Assembly (NCBI GenBank): GCA_965205865.1
Contig: CBDBHR010000026.1
Coordinates: 224,997 to 288,996 of the forward strand
Reading direction: 5' to 3'
DNA length: 64,000 nucleotides
Origin: a bacterium
Lineage (GTDB): Bacteria > SAR324 > NAC60-12
Positions within the stretch are counted from its first letter, which is position 1; every line of letters starts with the position of its first letter. Below the pieces are notes generated by a model, which was given only the letters and a program-made list of their open reading frames with translations, was not told the DNA's origin and ran no database searches. Below are positions 41,471 to 52,349 of this stretch, one piece after another. A program made the position numbers and the translations under genes.

Positions 41471-43124
41471 CTGGACTTTAGACATATTTTGAGAATTATG
41501 CTGCTTCCAGTAGCTGATAAATCAAGCATTTTATGTCGTCTTGAGAAAATAACTTTTGTTCGGGTGATTTTTGCGAGTTGAAATATTTACAACCCCAGGT
41601 TTTTCGTCGTATAACAGCCATGAGGTCAGAAAAGGTAATTTCTGATTTTTTGTACCATGCACTGCTTTTTGGCATCAGTTCCCCGTCACGATAAAATTGA
41701 AGAGCGGCACAGCAAATCAGTGAAAATAAGCCAAACAAAAGCGGAGTGGTTCGAGCGATGGCCAAGTCAGACCACTGCCTTTGGGTTTCCACTCCTAAAT
41801 GGGCCCGTACCTCTTCGAAAGTGACCTCTACATTCCAGCGCAGCATGTATCGTTTGAGCAGATCAAGTGCGTCGATTTCAACATTGTTAGTAAAAAAAGC
41901 TTGAGGATTTTTCTTTCCCTCAATTCGAACAAGGACCCATTTCACGGCGATGGGCAACTGCTTGGTTTTGTACATCAAGGCCACCCCTGAAAGATAAGAT
42001 ATGGATTTTTCATCGTCCTGATACCAAGGGAGGAGCGCTGTTTGCCAAGCTTGGCATTCATCCTTGGCTAAAATTTTCAAAGCAGTCAGCAGGGCTCCCT
42101 TTTTTGGTTTGGGTCCTCTTTTGCCGGGAGTAGGCTCTGGAGGAAAGTCGTACAATCTGGCATCAATGCGCAAACGACAGATCATGGTAATATGGAGACG
42201 ACAACATTCTTTTAAGAGATCGAAACAGGCAAAACCACCATCGGCCAAGAAAATGAGACGACGAGTGGGTTGCCAGCGGCGGAGTTGCTTAAGCGCTTGA
42301 ATGCTCCAATCAATAGAAGTCTTATGTCTTTTGCCCCTATCCTCATTGGCTTTCTTTGAGGGTTGGAGAATCGTCCAGAATGGTAAGGCCCATTGACGGG
42401 AACTCCAGGGAACCGGAACAATCAACATCAAACAAAGCCATTCTAAACCCCAGACAGGTAACTACCTGTTTGCCTTTTGATCGAAGCGCGTCACGATACC
42501 AGCCCTTGGCTTTGATTTTTTTGCCTTGGCGACGTTCTAAGGTTTCGTCAGCACCAATCACAAGGGCGGCATTAGCTGGCACAAACAAAACAATGAGCAG
42601 TCCTAATAAAATTCTGGCGGCGGCTAATCCGGACCAACGAGCCCGACGAAGGACATTGTGATAATTACAAAAATCAGGGATATTTCCCAGACCAACGGCT
42701 CTCAAACAAGAAGCAACCGTGCGACGTCCCTGGCAAAGAATCGCTCCCGTGACCAGAGTTTGAGCCCATCCCCAAACCGATGGAGAAAAAAGCTGTCTAA
42801 ATGATTCTAAAAAGATTATAAATTCATTGGGAAGAGACAACATGGCAAACTCCTGTATGCATGGTTGTTTTGACCAACGGCTCTCAAACAAGAAGCAACC
42901 GTGCGACGTCCCTGGCAAAGAATCGCTCCCGTGACCAGAGTTTGAGCCCATCCCCCAAACCGATGGAGAAAAAAGCTGTCTAAATGATTCTAAAAAGATT
43001 ATAAATTCATTGGGAAGAGACAACATGGCAAACTCCTGTATGCATGGTTGTTTTGGAAACTCCACCATACAGAATGTTTGTCTGAATCTCTTCCTGAAAA
43101 TTTACTCAAATGTCCAAAGTCCAG
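41471..43124 (-). mobile_element. IS701-like element, transposase frameshifted near 42440, with a 182-bp tandem duplication of its 5' coding region
   Basis: TIRs CTGGACTTTAGACAT / ATGTCCAAAGTCCAG; GADETLERR.GKKI, FLADGGF, RWNVEVTFEE. Confidence 0.82.
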
Positions 43125-43185
43125 AGAAATAGGTAAATTAAAATTTTTTTATAGCTTCAAAATTTCTTCAAGAGGAGACCGAAAA

Positions 43186-43425
43186 ATGCTTCACAACTAT
43201 ACGGCTCACTATGTAAAGATCAATTCAGGTTATATGGGGCAATTGCTTGAATGGCCTGAAGTGGTTACAGAAGGCGAGGATATCGAGAATTGCCGATTGA
43301 TGCTAAGAGACGCATTGCATGAAATGGTTCTGGCTTACCAACGACAAGGAAACGAAATCCCTCTGGGTAATAGTCTGATTGAACAGGTTCCTATCGAGAT
43401 AGCAGATGTCGGTCAAACGACGTGA
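43186..43425 (+). CDS. hicB: HicB-family antitoxin, followed by a short HicA-like stub
   Basis: YMGQLLEWPEVVTEGEDIENCRLMLRDAL; AGGAG RBS. Confidence 0.8.
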   Translation: MLHNYTAHYVKINSGYMGQLLEWPEVVTEGEDIENCRLMLRDALHEMVLAYQRQGNEIPLGNSLIEQVPIEIADVGQTT

Positions 43426-43620
43426 TTTAGAACTTATCCTTAAATAACATTAACTTTCCTGTAAGTTATGATAGCTGCAGCCAATTGAAGCAGTGCGAGA
43501 TAAGTTTGATAATATTTTTCGAATCGGGACCATTATCTTGCGAAACCTGTTGAACCATGAATGACTCACTTCGACGACCCATCTTCCGGGTCTGTATTGG
43601 GGATTTGCTTTTTTTTCTTG

Positions 43621-43941
43621 AATCCCTTTATTCTGTCTCTGAAAGCGGTCGGATTTTGTTACATTTGAGCAAGATTTTCACTGCATTTCGTTAAAATTTC
43701 GTTAGAGATTGGCAAGAAATTTACTAACTTTATGTCCTGAGATTAGGACGGGTTGTTCAATAATATTTTATTCTTTCTTCTTTTTAGAGAAATGCTTGGA
43801 CTTACCATTTTAATCCCTTTATTCTATCTCCGAAAGCGGTCAGATTTTGTTACATTTGAGCAAGATTTTTACTGCATTTCGTTAAAATACCGTTAGAGAT
43901 TGGCAAGAAATTTATTAACTTTATGCCCTGAGATAGGACGG
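43621..43941 (+). repeat. ~131-bp direct repeat with 191-bp period upstream of the SBP gene
   Basis: AATCCCTTTATTC...GATTGGCAAGAAATTTA...AGGACGG at 43621 and 43812. Confidence 0.85.
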
Positions 43942-44059
43942 AAGAGCAATGGAGAATTTGGAAAATCATCGGCTCCTGAGTGCGTCGGTTTATGGTTCAT
44001 TGCCCAATCCTGGAGGCAATGAATCGGTTTTTTGATCACTTGAAAATGAAGGAGATCCA

Positions 44060-46060
44060 ATGTGTAGAGCAATCGTCGAGAACCTGCTTTCGGGAACGAA
44101 AGCAGGTTTTAAAACCACCCGAAATCTTGTTTTTAATCAAAAATCAGAAAGGAGCATGATGAACCGTCATAAAAGTAGAGAAATCGTCGACAACGTGCCT
44201 TCGGGAACGAAAGCATGTTTCAAATCAATCCTTAATATTTTTAAACATTCAAACGGAGAATCTCGTATGTTTAATCAAAGAAGCAGTTCAAAATTGAGCG
44301 CAACCCTGTTGGCTCTTATCCTGGGAGCAAGCGTCCTTTGGGTTAGTCCGGCTGTGGCTGCCGAGAAAAAGATGGTCAAAGATCCGACCACTGGTAAAAT
44401 GGTGACTGTACCTGAGTACGGCGGCACCCTCACTATCCCGGGCAAGAACGAGCTGTTGGACCAGGATCCGTCGATCGGCGGACACTGGGCCGCCTTTCAG
44501 ATCTCAGGGGTCCAAGAAAAGCTGGCGATCCTCGACTGGGCCACGCCACGAGACGTGTTTGCGATGAATATTTATTACCAACCGCCCGAGCTCTTGACCG
44601 GTTGGCTGGCAGAGAGTTGGTCGAATCCCGACCCCAAGACGTTCATCGTCAAGATCAAGCAGGGGGTCAAATGGCACAACAAGGCGCCAGTCGACGGCCG
44701 CGAGCTGACCGCTGAAGACGTCGCCTGGACCTACCGCCGCATCGGTGGCCTGCTCGACTGGAAGCCGGAGTACACCTACGTGTTGCGCAATTTTCCGTGG
44801 CAGTCCATCGAGGCCACCGACCGGTACACGGTCGTGTTCAAGTTAACCGAGCCGCGCATGGACCTGGCAGACTCGGTGCTCGGAGAGGTCGGCACCTGGA
44901 TCCTGCCGCCGGAGGTCATTGAACAGCACGGCAACTACTCCGACTGGCGTAACGTGGTCGGCACCGGAGCTTACCAGCTGGATGACTTCCAACCGGGTGT
45001 GCGAAAGCGGTGGGTGCGTAATCCCAACTACCATGGCTTCGACGAGAAGTACCCGGACAACAAGCTGCCCTACATCGATGAGATCATCTCTCTCCACATG
45101 GAAGAAGAGGCGACCGCCACGGCCGCGCTGCGCACCGGTCAGTTAGACATGCTCAATATCGGCGGTGGCATCACGCTGACCACCTTCGAAGCGGTGAATG
45201 CCGTCCAGAAGACCAACCCCGACATGCAGGTATTCCCGTACTACATTCGGGCGCTGCAGGTGTCCGGTATGAATATCCGCAGACCGCCCTTCGACGATAT
45301 CCGCGTGCGCAAGGCCATGAACATGGCCATCGACCGCGCCGCGATAAACGAGAGCTACTACGGAGGCTACGCCTACCCGACCGTGCAGGGCTTCGTCGGC
45401 GCCGGGCTGGGACCCCTCCACACACCGTTCGAGGAGTGGCCCGCGGATCTGCAGGCCGAGTACTCTTACAATCCGGAGAAGGCAGAGCAATTGCTTGACG
45501 AGGCCGGGCTTCCGCGTGGTTCCGACGGCGTGCGACTGCGGGTCACCTACGACCACCGCGATGTCATCGACCTCGGTTGGCTCGAGATCGTGGCCAGCTA
45601 CTGGAAGGAGATCGGCGTGGAGGTGGAGATCAACGTGATGGACACCGGCGCCTGGGTCGATCGCCGTGCCCGCGGGGTCTACGAGATGGCGACCGGCGAC
45701 TCGGGTTGGGATTTGAATCCCACGCACATCATGAGCTTCTACGGCCACGCGCTGAACAACTCTTCGGACCAGTCGCGTGAATATGCCGGCGGGGTCGAGG
45801 ACGCGACCATGAGTCGGCTCTACGAGGCGTTCAACGCAGCGACCAGCAAGGAAGCGTGGATCCCGATCATGAAAGAGTTCAACGAGTACATCATGCGGCA
45901 GCACTTCCAGGTCTATGGCCACAAGGCGCCGCTGTTCCAACTGGCCCATCCCTGGGTCAAGGGGTTCAACGGCGAGACGCAACTGCATGGCGCGGAGGAG
46001 CACCTGGTACTCTCGCGGATCTGGCTCGACCAGGACCTGAAGCGGGAAATGGGGTACTAA
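44060..46060 (+). CDS. Family 5 solute-binding protein; likely start 44267, with in-frame upstream ATGs at 44060 and 44156
   Basis: Signal peptide ...AVA-AE, WLAESW, VGTGAY, LRTGQLD, NPEKAEQLLDEAG. Confidence 0.92.
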   Translation: MCRAIVENLLSGTKAGFKTTRNLVFNQKSERSMMNRHKSREIVDNVPSGTKACFKSILNIFKHSNGESRMFNQRSSSKLSATLLALILGASVLWVSPAVAAEKKMVKDPTTGKMVTVPEYGGTLTIPGKNELLDQDPSIGGHWAAFQISGVQEKLAILDWATPRDVFAMNIYYQPPELLTGWLAESWSNPDPKTFIVKIKQGVKWHNKAPVDGRELTAEDVAWTYRRIGGLLDWKPEYTYVLRNFPWQSIEATDRYTVVFKLTEPRMDLADSVLGEVGTWILPPEVIEQHGNYSDWRNVVGTGAYQLDDFQPGVRKRWVRNPNYHGFDEKYPDNKLPYIDEIISLHMEEEATATAALRTGQLDMLNIGGGITLTTFEAVNAVQKTNPDMQVFPYYIRALQVSGMNIRRPPFDDIRVRKAMNMAIDRAAINESYYGGYAYPTVQGFVGAGLGPLHTPFEEWPADLQAEYSYNPEKAEQLLDEAGLPRGSDGVRLRVTYDHRDVIDLGWLEIVASYWKEIGVEVEINVMDTGAWVDRRARGVYEMATGDSGWDLNPTHIMSFYGHALNNSSDQSREYAGGVEDATMSRLYEAFNAATSKEAWIPIMKEFNEYIMRQHFQVYGHKAPLFQLAHPWVKGFNGETQLHGAEEHLVLSRIWLDQDLKREMGY

Positions 46061-46090
46061 CCCCGGCCGGTAACACGGTCGAACGGACGT

Positions 46091-46124
46091 GGGGTGGCGG
46101 GAACGACCTGCCACCCCTTTTCTT
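46091..46124 (+). terminator. GC-rich hairpin plus T tract between the SBP and permease genes
   Basis: GGGGTGGCGG...CTGCCACCCC-TTTTCTT. Confidence 0.65.
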
Positions 46125-46151
46125 GCGTTACTAGTGTGGAGGTAAACCGAC

Positions 46152-47120
46152 GTGCGTGCGTATCTGATCAGGCGGGTGCTGCTGGTCATCCCGACCCTCT
46201 TCATCGTCACCATCCTCGTGTTTCTCTCGGTGCGCTTCATTCCCGGCAACATCATCGAGGTGATGGTCGCTCGGATGGGCTACGAAGGCGGCGGCACGAT
46301 CGACATTGCTGCCGCAAAGAAGCGGCTCGGGCTCGACGTCCCCTTTTACGTGCAGTACTCTCGGTGGATCGGAGGCATCGTCGTGCGTGGCACTCTCGGC
46401 AGATCGCTGTATGGCGGCTCGAGCGGCGACACGGTGGAGGCGATGATGGCCACCAGGATAGGCGTGACTCTCGAGCTCGGGCTGTTGGCAATCCTGACCG
46501 GTCTGATCATCGCGGTGCCGGTCGGTATCTATTCGGCGATTCGGCAGTACACGGTGGCTGACTACCTGGGTCGCTCAGTGGCGATCATCGGTCTGGCGAC
46601 TCCGAACTTCTGGCTTGCGCTGCTTGTCATCATCTACCCGGCTATCTGGTGGGGTTGGACGCCCCAAATCGTGTACGTCCCCTTCGGCGTCGATCCACTG
46701 GCCAACCTCTCCATATTCATCTTTCCCGCCCTGATCCTGGGAACCTACCTGGCGGCCAGCACCATGCGCATGACCCGCACGATGATGCTGGAAGTCCTGC
46801 GTCAGGATTACGTGAGGACGGCCTGGGCCAAGGGCCTCAAGGAGCGCAAAGTGGTGCTGCGCCACGCGGTCAAGAACGCCCTCATCCCGGTCGTCACGTT
46901 GATCGGCCTGCAGATCCCCATCATCGCCGGTGGCTCGGTCATCATGGAGAACATCTTCAATTTGCCCGGGCTCGGGCGCTTGATGCTGGACGCGCTCAAC
47001 AACCGCGACTACCCGGTGGTGTCCGGCGCGAACCTGTTCTTCGCCTTGGTCGTGGTAATGATCAACCTGATCACCGACCTGACGTACGCCTTCCTGGATC
47101 CGAGGATTCGCTATGAGTGA
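46152..47120 (+). CDS. DppB-type permease
   Basis: EAA-loop LEVLRQDYVRTAWAKGL. Confidence 0.92.
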   Translation: MRAYLIRRVLLVIPTLFIVTILVFLSVRFIPGNIIEVMVARMGYEGGGTIDIAAAKKRLGLDVPFYVQYSRWIGGIVVRGTLGRSLYGGSSGDTVEAMMATRIGVTLELGLLAILTGLIIAVPVGIYSAIRQYTVADYLGRSVAIIGLATPNFWLALLVIIYPAIWWGWTPQIVYVPFGVDPLANLSIFIFPALILGTYLAASTMRMTRTMMLEVLRQDYVRTAWAKGLKERKVVLRHAVKNALIPVVTLIGLQIPIIAGGSVIMENIFNLPGLGRLMLDALNNRDYPVVSGANLFFALVVVMINLITDLTYAFLDPRIRYE

Positions 47121-48099
47121 GCCACTCCCAGTCGATCATGAAGAGAGCACATCGGACGCTCCCGCAGCCGAACGTCGTCGACCCGTTGCGAGCTTTTTCC
47201 ACCGGCTCCTGAAGGAGCAACCGCTGGGAGCGGCTGCCGGCATCGTCGTCCTGGCGCTGGTCTTCGTCGCCATCTTTGCGGAGCAGCTGACGCCCTACGA
47301 GTACGACATCGGCCGCATACGAGAGCGGATGAAGGGGCCGTCGCTCGAGCACCCGCTCGGCACCGACCATGCCGGCCGCGACGTTCTGGCTCGAATCTTG
47401 AAGGGCGCTCAAGTATCGCTGCTAGTGGGACTGACGGCGACCGTGCTGAACACGATGGTCGCGCTGCTGGTTGGCGGCACCACGGGATTCATCGGTGGCC
47501 GGATCGACGTCTACACCCAGCGCTTCGTCGATGCGTGGATGTCGTTCCCGGGATTGCTGTTGCTGCTCACCATCATGTCGTTAGTAGATCGAAGCATCGT
47601 CACGGTCATCGTGGTGCTTGGCGTGACCGGTGGCATCCCCGCCTCGCGGGTGGTACGCGGCGCGGTGATCGGCATCAAGGAGAACGACTACTTTCTGGCA
47701 GCGAAGGCCGTGGGTACTCCATCGACCCGGATCCTGTTAAGGCATGTGTTGCCCAACATCGCCGCACCGCTCATTGTCATCTTCAGCATCAACGTCGGCG
47801 CCGTCATCATTGCCGAGGCCTCGCTGAGTTTCCTGGGATTCGGCTTGCCGGTGAACGTTCCCAGCTGGGGCGGTATGCTGAGCCGAGAGGGTCGCAGGTA
47901 CATGGAACTGGCGCCCCGGTTGGCGCTCTGGCCCGGGCTTTGCCTGACCATGACCGTCTACTGTCTCAACATGTTCGGCGACGCCATGCGGGACCTGCTC
48001 GATCCCCGGCTACGGGGCGGTCAGGGCAGTTACGGCACCGCGAGAATGAAACGCAAACGAGGTTTCCTGGCCAGGCTGATCAACCCTTTCAACTGGTAA
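47113..48099 (+). CDS. DppC-type permease
   Basis: HPLGTDHAGRD, RHVLPN, EASLSFLGFG. Confidence 0.92.
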   Translation: MSEPLPVDHEESTSDAPAAERRRPVASFFHRLLKEQPLGAAAGIVVLALVFVAIFAEQLTPYEYDIGRIRERMKGPSLEHPLGTDHAGRDVLARILKGAQVSLLVGLTATVLNTMVALLVGGTTGFIGGRIDVYTQRFVDAWMSFPGLLLLLTIMSLVDRSIVTVIVVLGVTGGIPASRVVRGAVIGIKENDYFLAAKAVGTPSTRILLRHVLPNIAAPLIVIFSINVGAVIIAEASLSFLGFGLPVNVPSWGGMLSREGRRYMELAPRLALWPGLCLTMTVYCLNMFGDAMRDLLDPRLRGGQGSYGTARMKRKRGFLARLINPFNW

Positions 48100-48147
48100 G
48101 CGCACAAAAGGAAACCTTAGAAAAAAAGCACTGAATCATCCACTTTT

Positions 48148-48240
48148 GAGGTATTTAAAAAGAAGACACAAGCGACCCCTAAATCTGTGATTTCAGTCTG
48201 CCAAGAGCGATTGAAACGTTTTCAAAGAGACTCCCGGTGA
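48148..48240 (+). pseudogene. RelE/Gp49-type toxin C-terminal fragment
   Basis: EVFKKKTQATPKSVISVCQERL. Confidence 0.65.
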
Positions 48241-48253
48241 TTTAAGGCAAAAT

Positions 48254-48589
48254 ATGGATGAGAAAAAGAAGAAGCGGTTGGAAGAGAAGGGTTGGAGAAT
48301 TGGCTCAATCGAAAACTTTTTGGAACTTTCTACAGAAGAGTCAGCCTATATAGAACTTAAAATGGCTCTCAGTGAAAATTTAAAAAGCATAAGAAGACGG
48401 AAACGAATGACGCAAGCTCAATTGGCGAAAGTTTTAAATTCCAGTCAATCTCGCATTGCTAAAATGGAATCGGGAGATCCGAGTGTTTCTCTTGATCTTT
48501 TATTTCGTTCTCTTTTCACTTTGGGACAATCCGTCTCAGACCTGGCAAAAGTTTTTGAACACCCGAAATTAGAAATTCGCAAATCCTAA
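48254..48589 (+). CDS. XRE-family HTH antitoxin
   Basis: MTQAQLAKVLNSSQSRIAKMESGD. Confidence 0.85.
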   Translation: MDEKKKKRLEEKGWRIGSIENFLELSTEESAYIELKMALSENLKSIRRRKRMTQAQLAKVLNSSQSRIAKMESGDPSVSLDLLFRSLFTLGQSVSDLAKVFEHPKLEIRKS

Positions 48590-48829
48590 ATTGGTTCGAT
48601 TTTTACACCGATCAGACAAAAGTCATTTTGGAAAACTATTCAAAGGAGTCCATCGGTGATTTAGGAATGAAATTTAAATAAGTTAGAAGTATGGATACGC
48701 AAAATTAAGGGACAACTAACAGCAGGCATAAAACAGTAGAGTTGGGATGCGCAGCGGTATACATGTCCCCAATTTTGCTCACACCATTGGAAGAATTACA
48801 GGTTATTTAAGGTTTGTTCCTTAGTAGAC

Positions 48830-49372
48830 ATCCTGCATGCCCCCTCAGCCCGGTATCTCCTGGGGACCGACCAGATAGGGCGAGACTTCTTGAGCCGCCT
48901 GATCTACGGGGCTCGTCTTTCCTTAATTGTCGGTCTGTCCGCGACCACGCTCAATGTTCTCGTCGCTGTCCTGATCGGCGGCATTTCCGGATTCCTTGGG
49001 GGGAAAGTGGACTTGGTGGTGCAGCGCTTTGTCGATGCCTGGATGGCTATCCCGGGACTGCTCCTCTTGTTAACCATCATGTCCATTGTGGGAAAGGGTT
49101 TGCCACAGCTTATTGTGGTCCTGGGGATATCAGGAGGCATCGGCGGCTCCCGAGTCGTCCGAGGCGCCGTGATCGGCATCAAAGAGAATGATTACTTTCT
49201 GGCAGCCCAGGCCGTGGGCACCCCTACGCGCCAAATCCTGATCCGCCATGTGCTGCCCAATATTATGGCGCCGATCATCATCATCTTCAGCATCAACATC
49301 GGCGGGGTGATTATCAGTGAGGCGTCGCTGAGCTTCCTCGGATTCGGTCTGCCTCCTGATGTTCCTAGCTGA
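48830..49372 (+). pseudogene. DppC-type permease internal fragment
   Basis: LLGTDQIGRD to EASLSFLGFG; both ends missing. Confidence 0.85.
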
Positions 49373-49399
49373 CGAGGCCTACACTCTTGGTCCATCCGG

Positions 49400-49690
49400 C
49401 TTTATACCCCACATTTCTGAGAGGCGCGGGGACGTCTGGTTGCGGACTTCTCTACTGTGAAAGCCAAACTGCTAAGTCGCCCGCATGACCGGCGAGGTGT
49501 TGGCAAAGGGTCCATGCATCACCTGGCGGTTCATGATCACCACATCGCCCGGTTGACACAGCATCGGGACGGCCCCCGGGAGACTATCCAACCCCATTGG
49601 CCTGGATCCGTGCGACGATTTCGAGCTCGTCCTGCTGGTGGGTCCCGGGAACCACCCACAGCGCATTCACCGGATTGGTGGGGTAAAGCT
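49400..49690 (-). pseudogene. Phytanoyl-CoA dioxygenase-like fragment
   Basis: PGAVPMLCQPGDVVIMNRQVMHGPFANTS. Confidence 0.6.
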
Positions 49691-49726
49691 GATGGTTAGC
49701 TCGTTTTGGAAAGAAGTAAGAGGATC

Positions 49727-50629
49727 TTATAATTTTTCAATCTCCTCCGGAGACAATCCGGAAATTTCACTGATCATTTTTAGATCAATCCCTTTTTGTT
49801 TCATTTCTCTTGCCATGTCAGCGATTCCTTTTTCGATTCCTTTTTCGATTCCTTTTTCGATTCCTTTTTCGATTCCTTCTTCTCTCCCCTCTGCTTTTGC
49901 TGTCTCGATAATTCCTCGTTCCGAAACCAAATGCATAAGATACCTTTTATAACGTTTGCGTTCTTCAGAACCCATTTTCAAAAGGTCTAATTTTTTCCCG
50001 GCTTCACGAATGTGCTTCGATTTAAATTCCGACTTGATGGATTCGTGTTTTAACATATAGATCCATTCATCTAAGTCCGCTTCGATCATATCCTGGAAGC
50101 TCTCCACACGGATCAAGTAGTATTCAGGAAAAAGGTTCTTTTTTGCTTGAAGATGAGTGAGATGATCAGGGCCTTTGACTTTCTCACGGATTGTTAAGAG
50201 ATCATTGCTATGGATGCCACGAAATTCCGTCTTTCCATAATAAACATAATCCTTTCCCAAACCCAGGTTGAAGTAAAGAATACTGATGGAAATGACTTTT
50301 TTGATCTGATCGTAGGTCTCTCCGAGTGGCAGGTTTTCGACAATCACCTTCGAGGTTCCGAAGAGCAGTCTTTCCAAATAATCCGCTTCCTGCTGATTTT
50401 GAATTTCAATAATTAAATGACGGTCTTGAGAATCCTTCACCAGTAGGTCCACCCGATTGAACTTTTGTTGTTCCTCCGCGCTATTGCTCTCACTCTCTAA
50501 AAGGGAAACCACGCGGATCTCTTCCTGGAGGAGAGCCGTCAGAAACCCTTCCAAAATATCAAAATTGGCTTTATCGCGTAGGACCGTTTTGATAGCCCAG
50601 TCAAAACGGATGATTCGTTTCTCTGTCAT
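49727..50629 (-). CDS. Rpn-family PD-(D/E)XK nuclease with C-terminal GIEK repeats
   Basis: RFDWAIK, NRVDLLV...IIEIQ, EWIYMLK, EG-(IEKG)4, SGLSPEEI. Confidence 0.88.
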   Translation of the reverse strand: MTEKRIIRFDWAIKTVLRDKANFDILEGFLTALLQEEIRVVSLLESESNSAEEQQKFNRVDLLVKDSQDRHLIIEIQNQQEADYLERLLFGTSKVIVENLPLGETYDQIKKVISISILYFNLGLGKDYVYYGKTEFRGIHSNDLLTIREKVKGPDHLTHLQAKKNLFPEYYLIRVESFQDMIEADLDEWIYMLKHESIKSEFKSKHIREAGKKLDLLKMGSEERKRYKRYLMHLVSERGIIETAKAEGREEGIEKGIEKGIEKGIEKGIADMAREMKQKGIDLKMISEISGLSPEEIEKL

Positions 50630-51150
50630 GGTTTTCGCTCCGATTGGTTGGACGTTGACATTTGAGTATAATCACCTCCTCTCGTTTTTACCAGTTCTTC
50701 ATGTGATTTCTCATTTTTTGAAAGGAAACCAATGAGGAAGCTGACCTCATTTTCTTCAGAAGAGGATAAAAAGAGAACCCTCTTTCATGAAGGGGACAGA
50801 AAAGAGGAAGAAAGGAAAGATTGGTCAGCCAAATTCAAATGGAACAAGACTTGCTGAAGCAGCCTGTTAGCCCTTTAGAAGAACTAAACCAGAAAGACGG
50901 TGGTGAATTGCAAAATTTTCTCACTGAATTGAAATCTCAGTTAAATAACTAGTGCTTGACCGAAAAATACTCAAATTACTGATATTAAATGACAATTCTT
51001 CAATTTCACAGGATGAAGATTGGTTTGATGCAGTGTTCAGATGGCCAAAATCAGCAAAAAATGGGATTTTTATGAGTTTTTCCAAAATCTTCGTTTCTAA
51101 AAATAGGTGAATACCATTAAATATCATGTAAAGTCTTTCATTAATTATAT

Positions 51151-51900
51151 CAAGATGATAAACTGATATTTGTGACGCGGATTTGAAAAAACCCGAGTGC
51201 GCGCCACCTCGCATGAAGGGTCAATCGTTGCAGTTACAGTATCTTCGGACTGTTTTCTTTCGTTTTTCCGTAAATCTTCAAGATTTGAAATTTTACGCGC
51301 ACCATACGTGATCCCCGGATGAAGTTCGGCGAAGTCGACATTGCCGCCATTGAGTTGGATCTCAAATCTCGTGATGACATCCCCCCTATCCTTCGCGGTT
51401 TGCAATACATATACGCCACGCCAGCATTACGCGCATCGGTATTCAAGGTTCCGGAACGGGTCATCCCCTCGCGAAGCGGTCCGGGCCTGAGCAACGAAGA
51501 CAGGCATCGCAAAGCGGACCCTCGTCTTGGTCATCCCGGGATGGAGCAGTGGAAGATTCTGGCGCTTGGCGTGCTGCGCCTGGGTCTCAACAGCGATTAC
51601 GACCGCATCCATGAGTTGGCTAACCATCACGACAGCATCCGGCAGATGCTCGGGCATGGAGGTCGGGAGGTTCTTTGCCGGGGAGGACAAAACGACGTAC
51701 AACCGGCAGACGATCAAGGATAACCTGCGTCTTTTCACAGCTGAGATTCTCGATGAGATCAATCAGTTGGTTGTCAAGGCCGGACATGGGTTGGTAAAAA
51801 AAACGCCCCAAATGATTGGCCAACCCGAGTTCGGAGGGAGAAGAAGATTGAACTTCATGATTAAACCAGGGCGCTACGTGCTCGCTGCGACTTCTTTGTG
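51151..51900 (+). mobile_element. Second ISNCY/IS5-like copy, start codon ACG, frameshifted and truncated
   Basis: Closely matches the reverse complement of 20250-20959. Confidence 0.8.
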
Positions 51901-52153
51901 ATGGAAGGACAATGGCGAATTTGGAAGTTCCGCCTGATCCACGGGGCTCTCGGCAGCCGACTGGCGCAAAATTTACCCTGATGTATAAGCCCGTCTTGGT
52001 GAAATAAAGGCACACACCCTGATGATCATTGCTGGCAGGCAAATCCCCGGAGCAAAAGCAGTTTTTTTTGAGGACGAGGGGCATCTCATCATTCCGGAGA
52101 ACATCCCGAAGGTGGCCCGTGAGATGATCGGGTTTATTGACCAGATTCCCTGA
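51900..52153 (+). pseudogene. Decayed alpha/beta-hydrolase-like C-terminus
   Basis: IKAHTLMII...IPGAKAVFFEDEGH; internal stops. Confidence 0.45.
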
Positions 52154-52349
52154 GATTCAACTGCAAATAAAGGAGATTGAATAAAACCATTGACAACGGG
52201 GAAAGCCCTTCGGACAGAGAATATCGACCTGGCACAAAAAGGAGGAGTTGGAAATACGATTTGCCTCTGCTATGAATACTGACAGAGAGATTATGAAAAA
52301 AAGGGGAAAAGAGGTTTCCGTTACAAACACTACTGAGGAGTCGGGGTTT

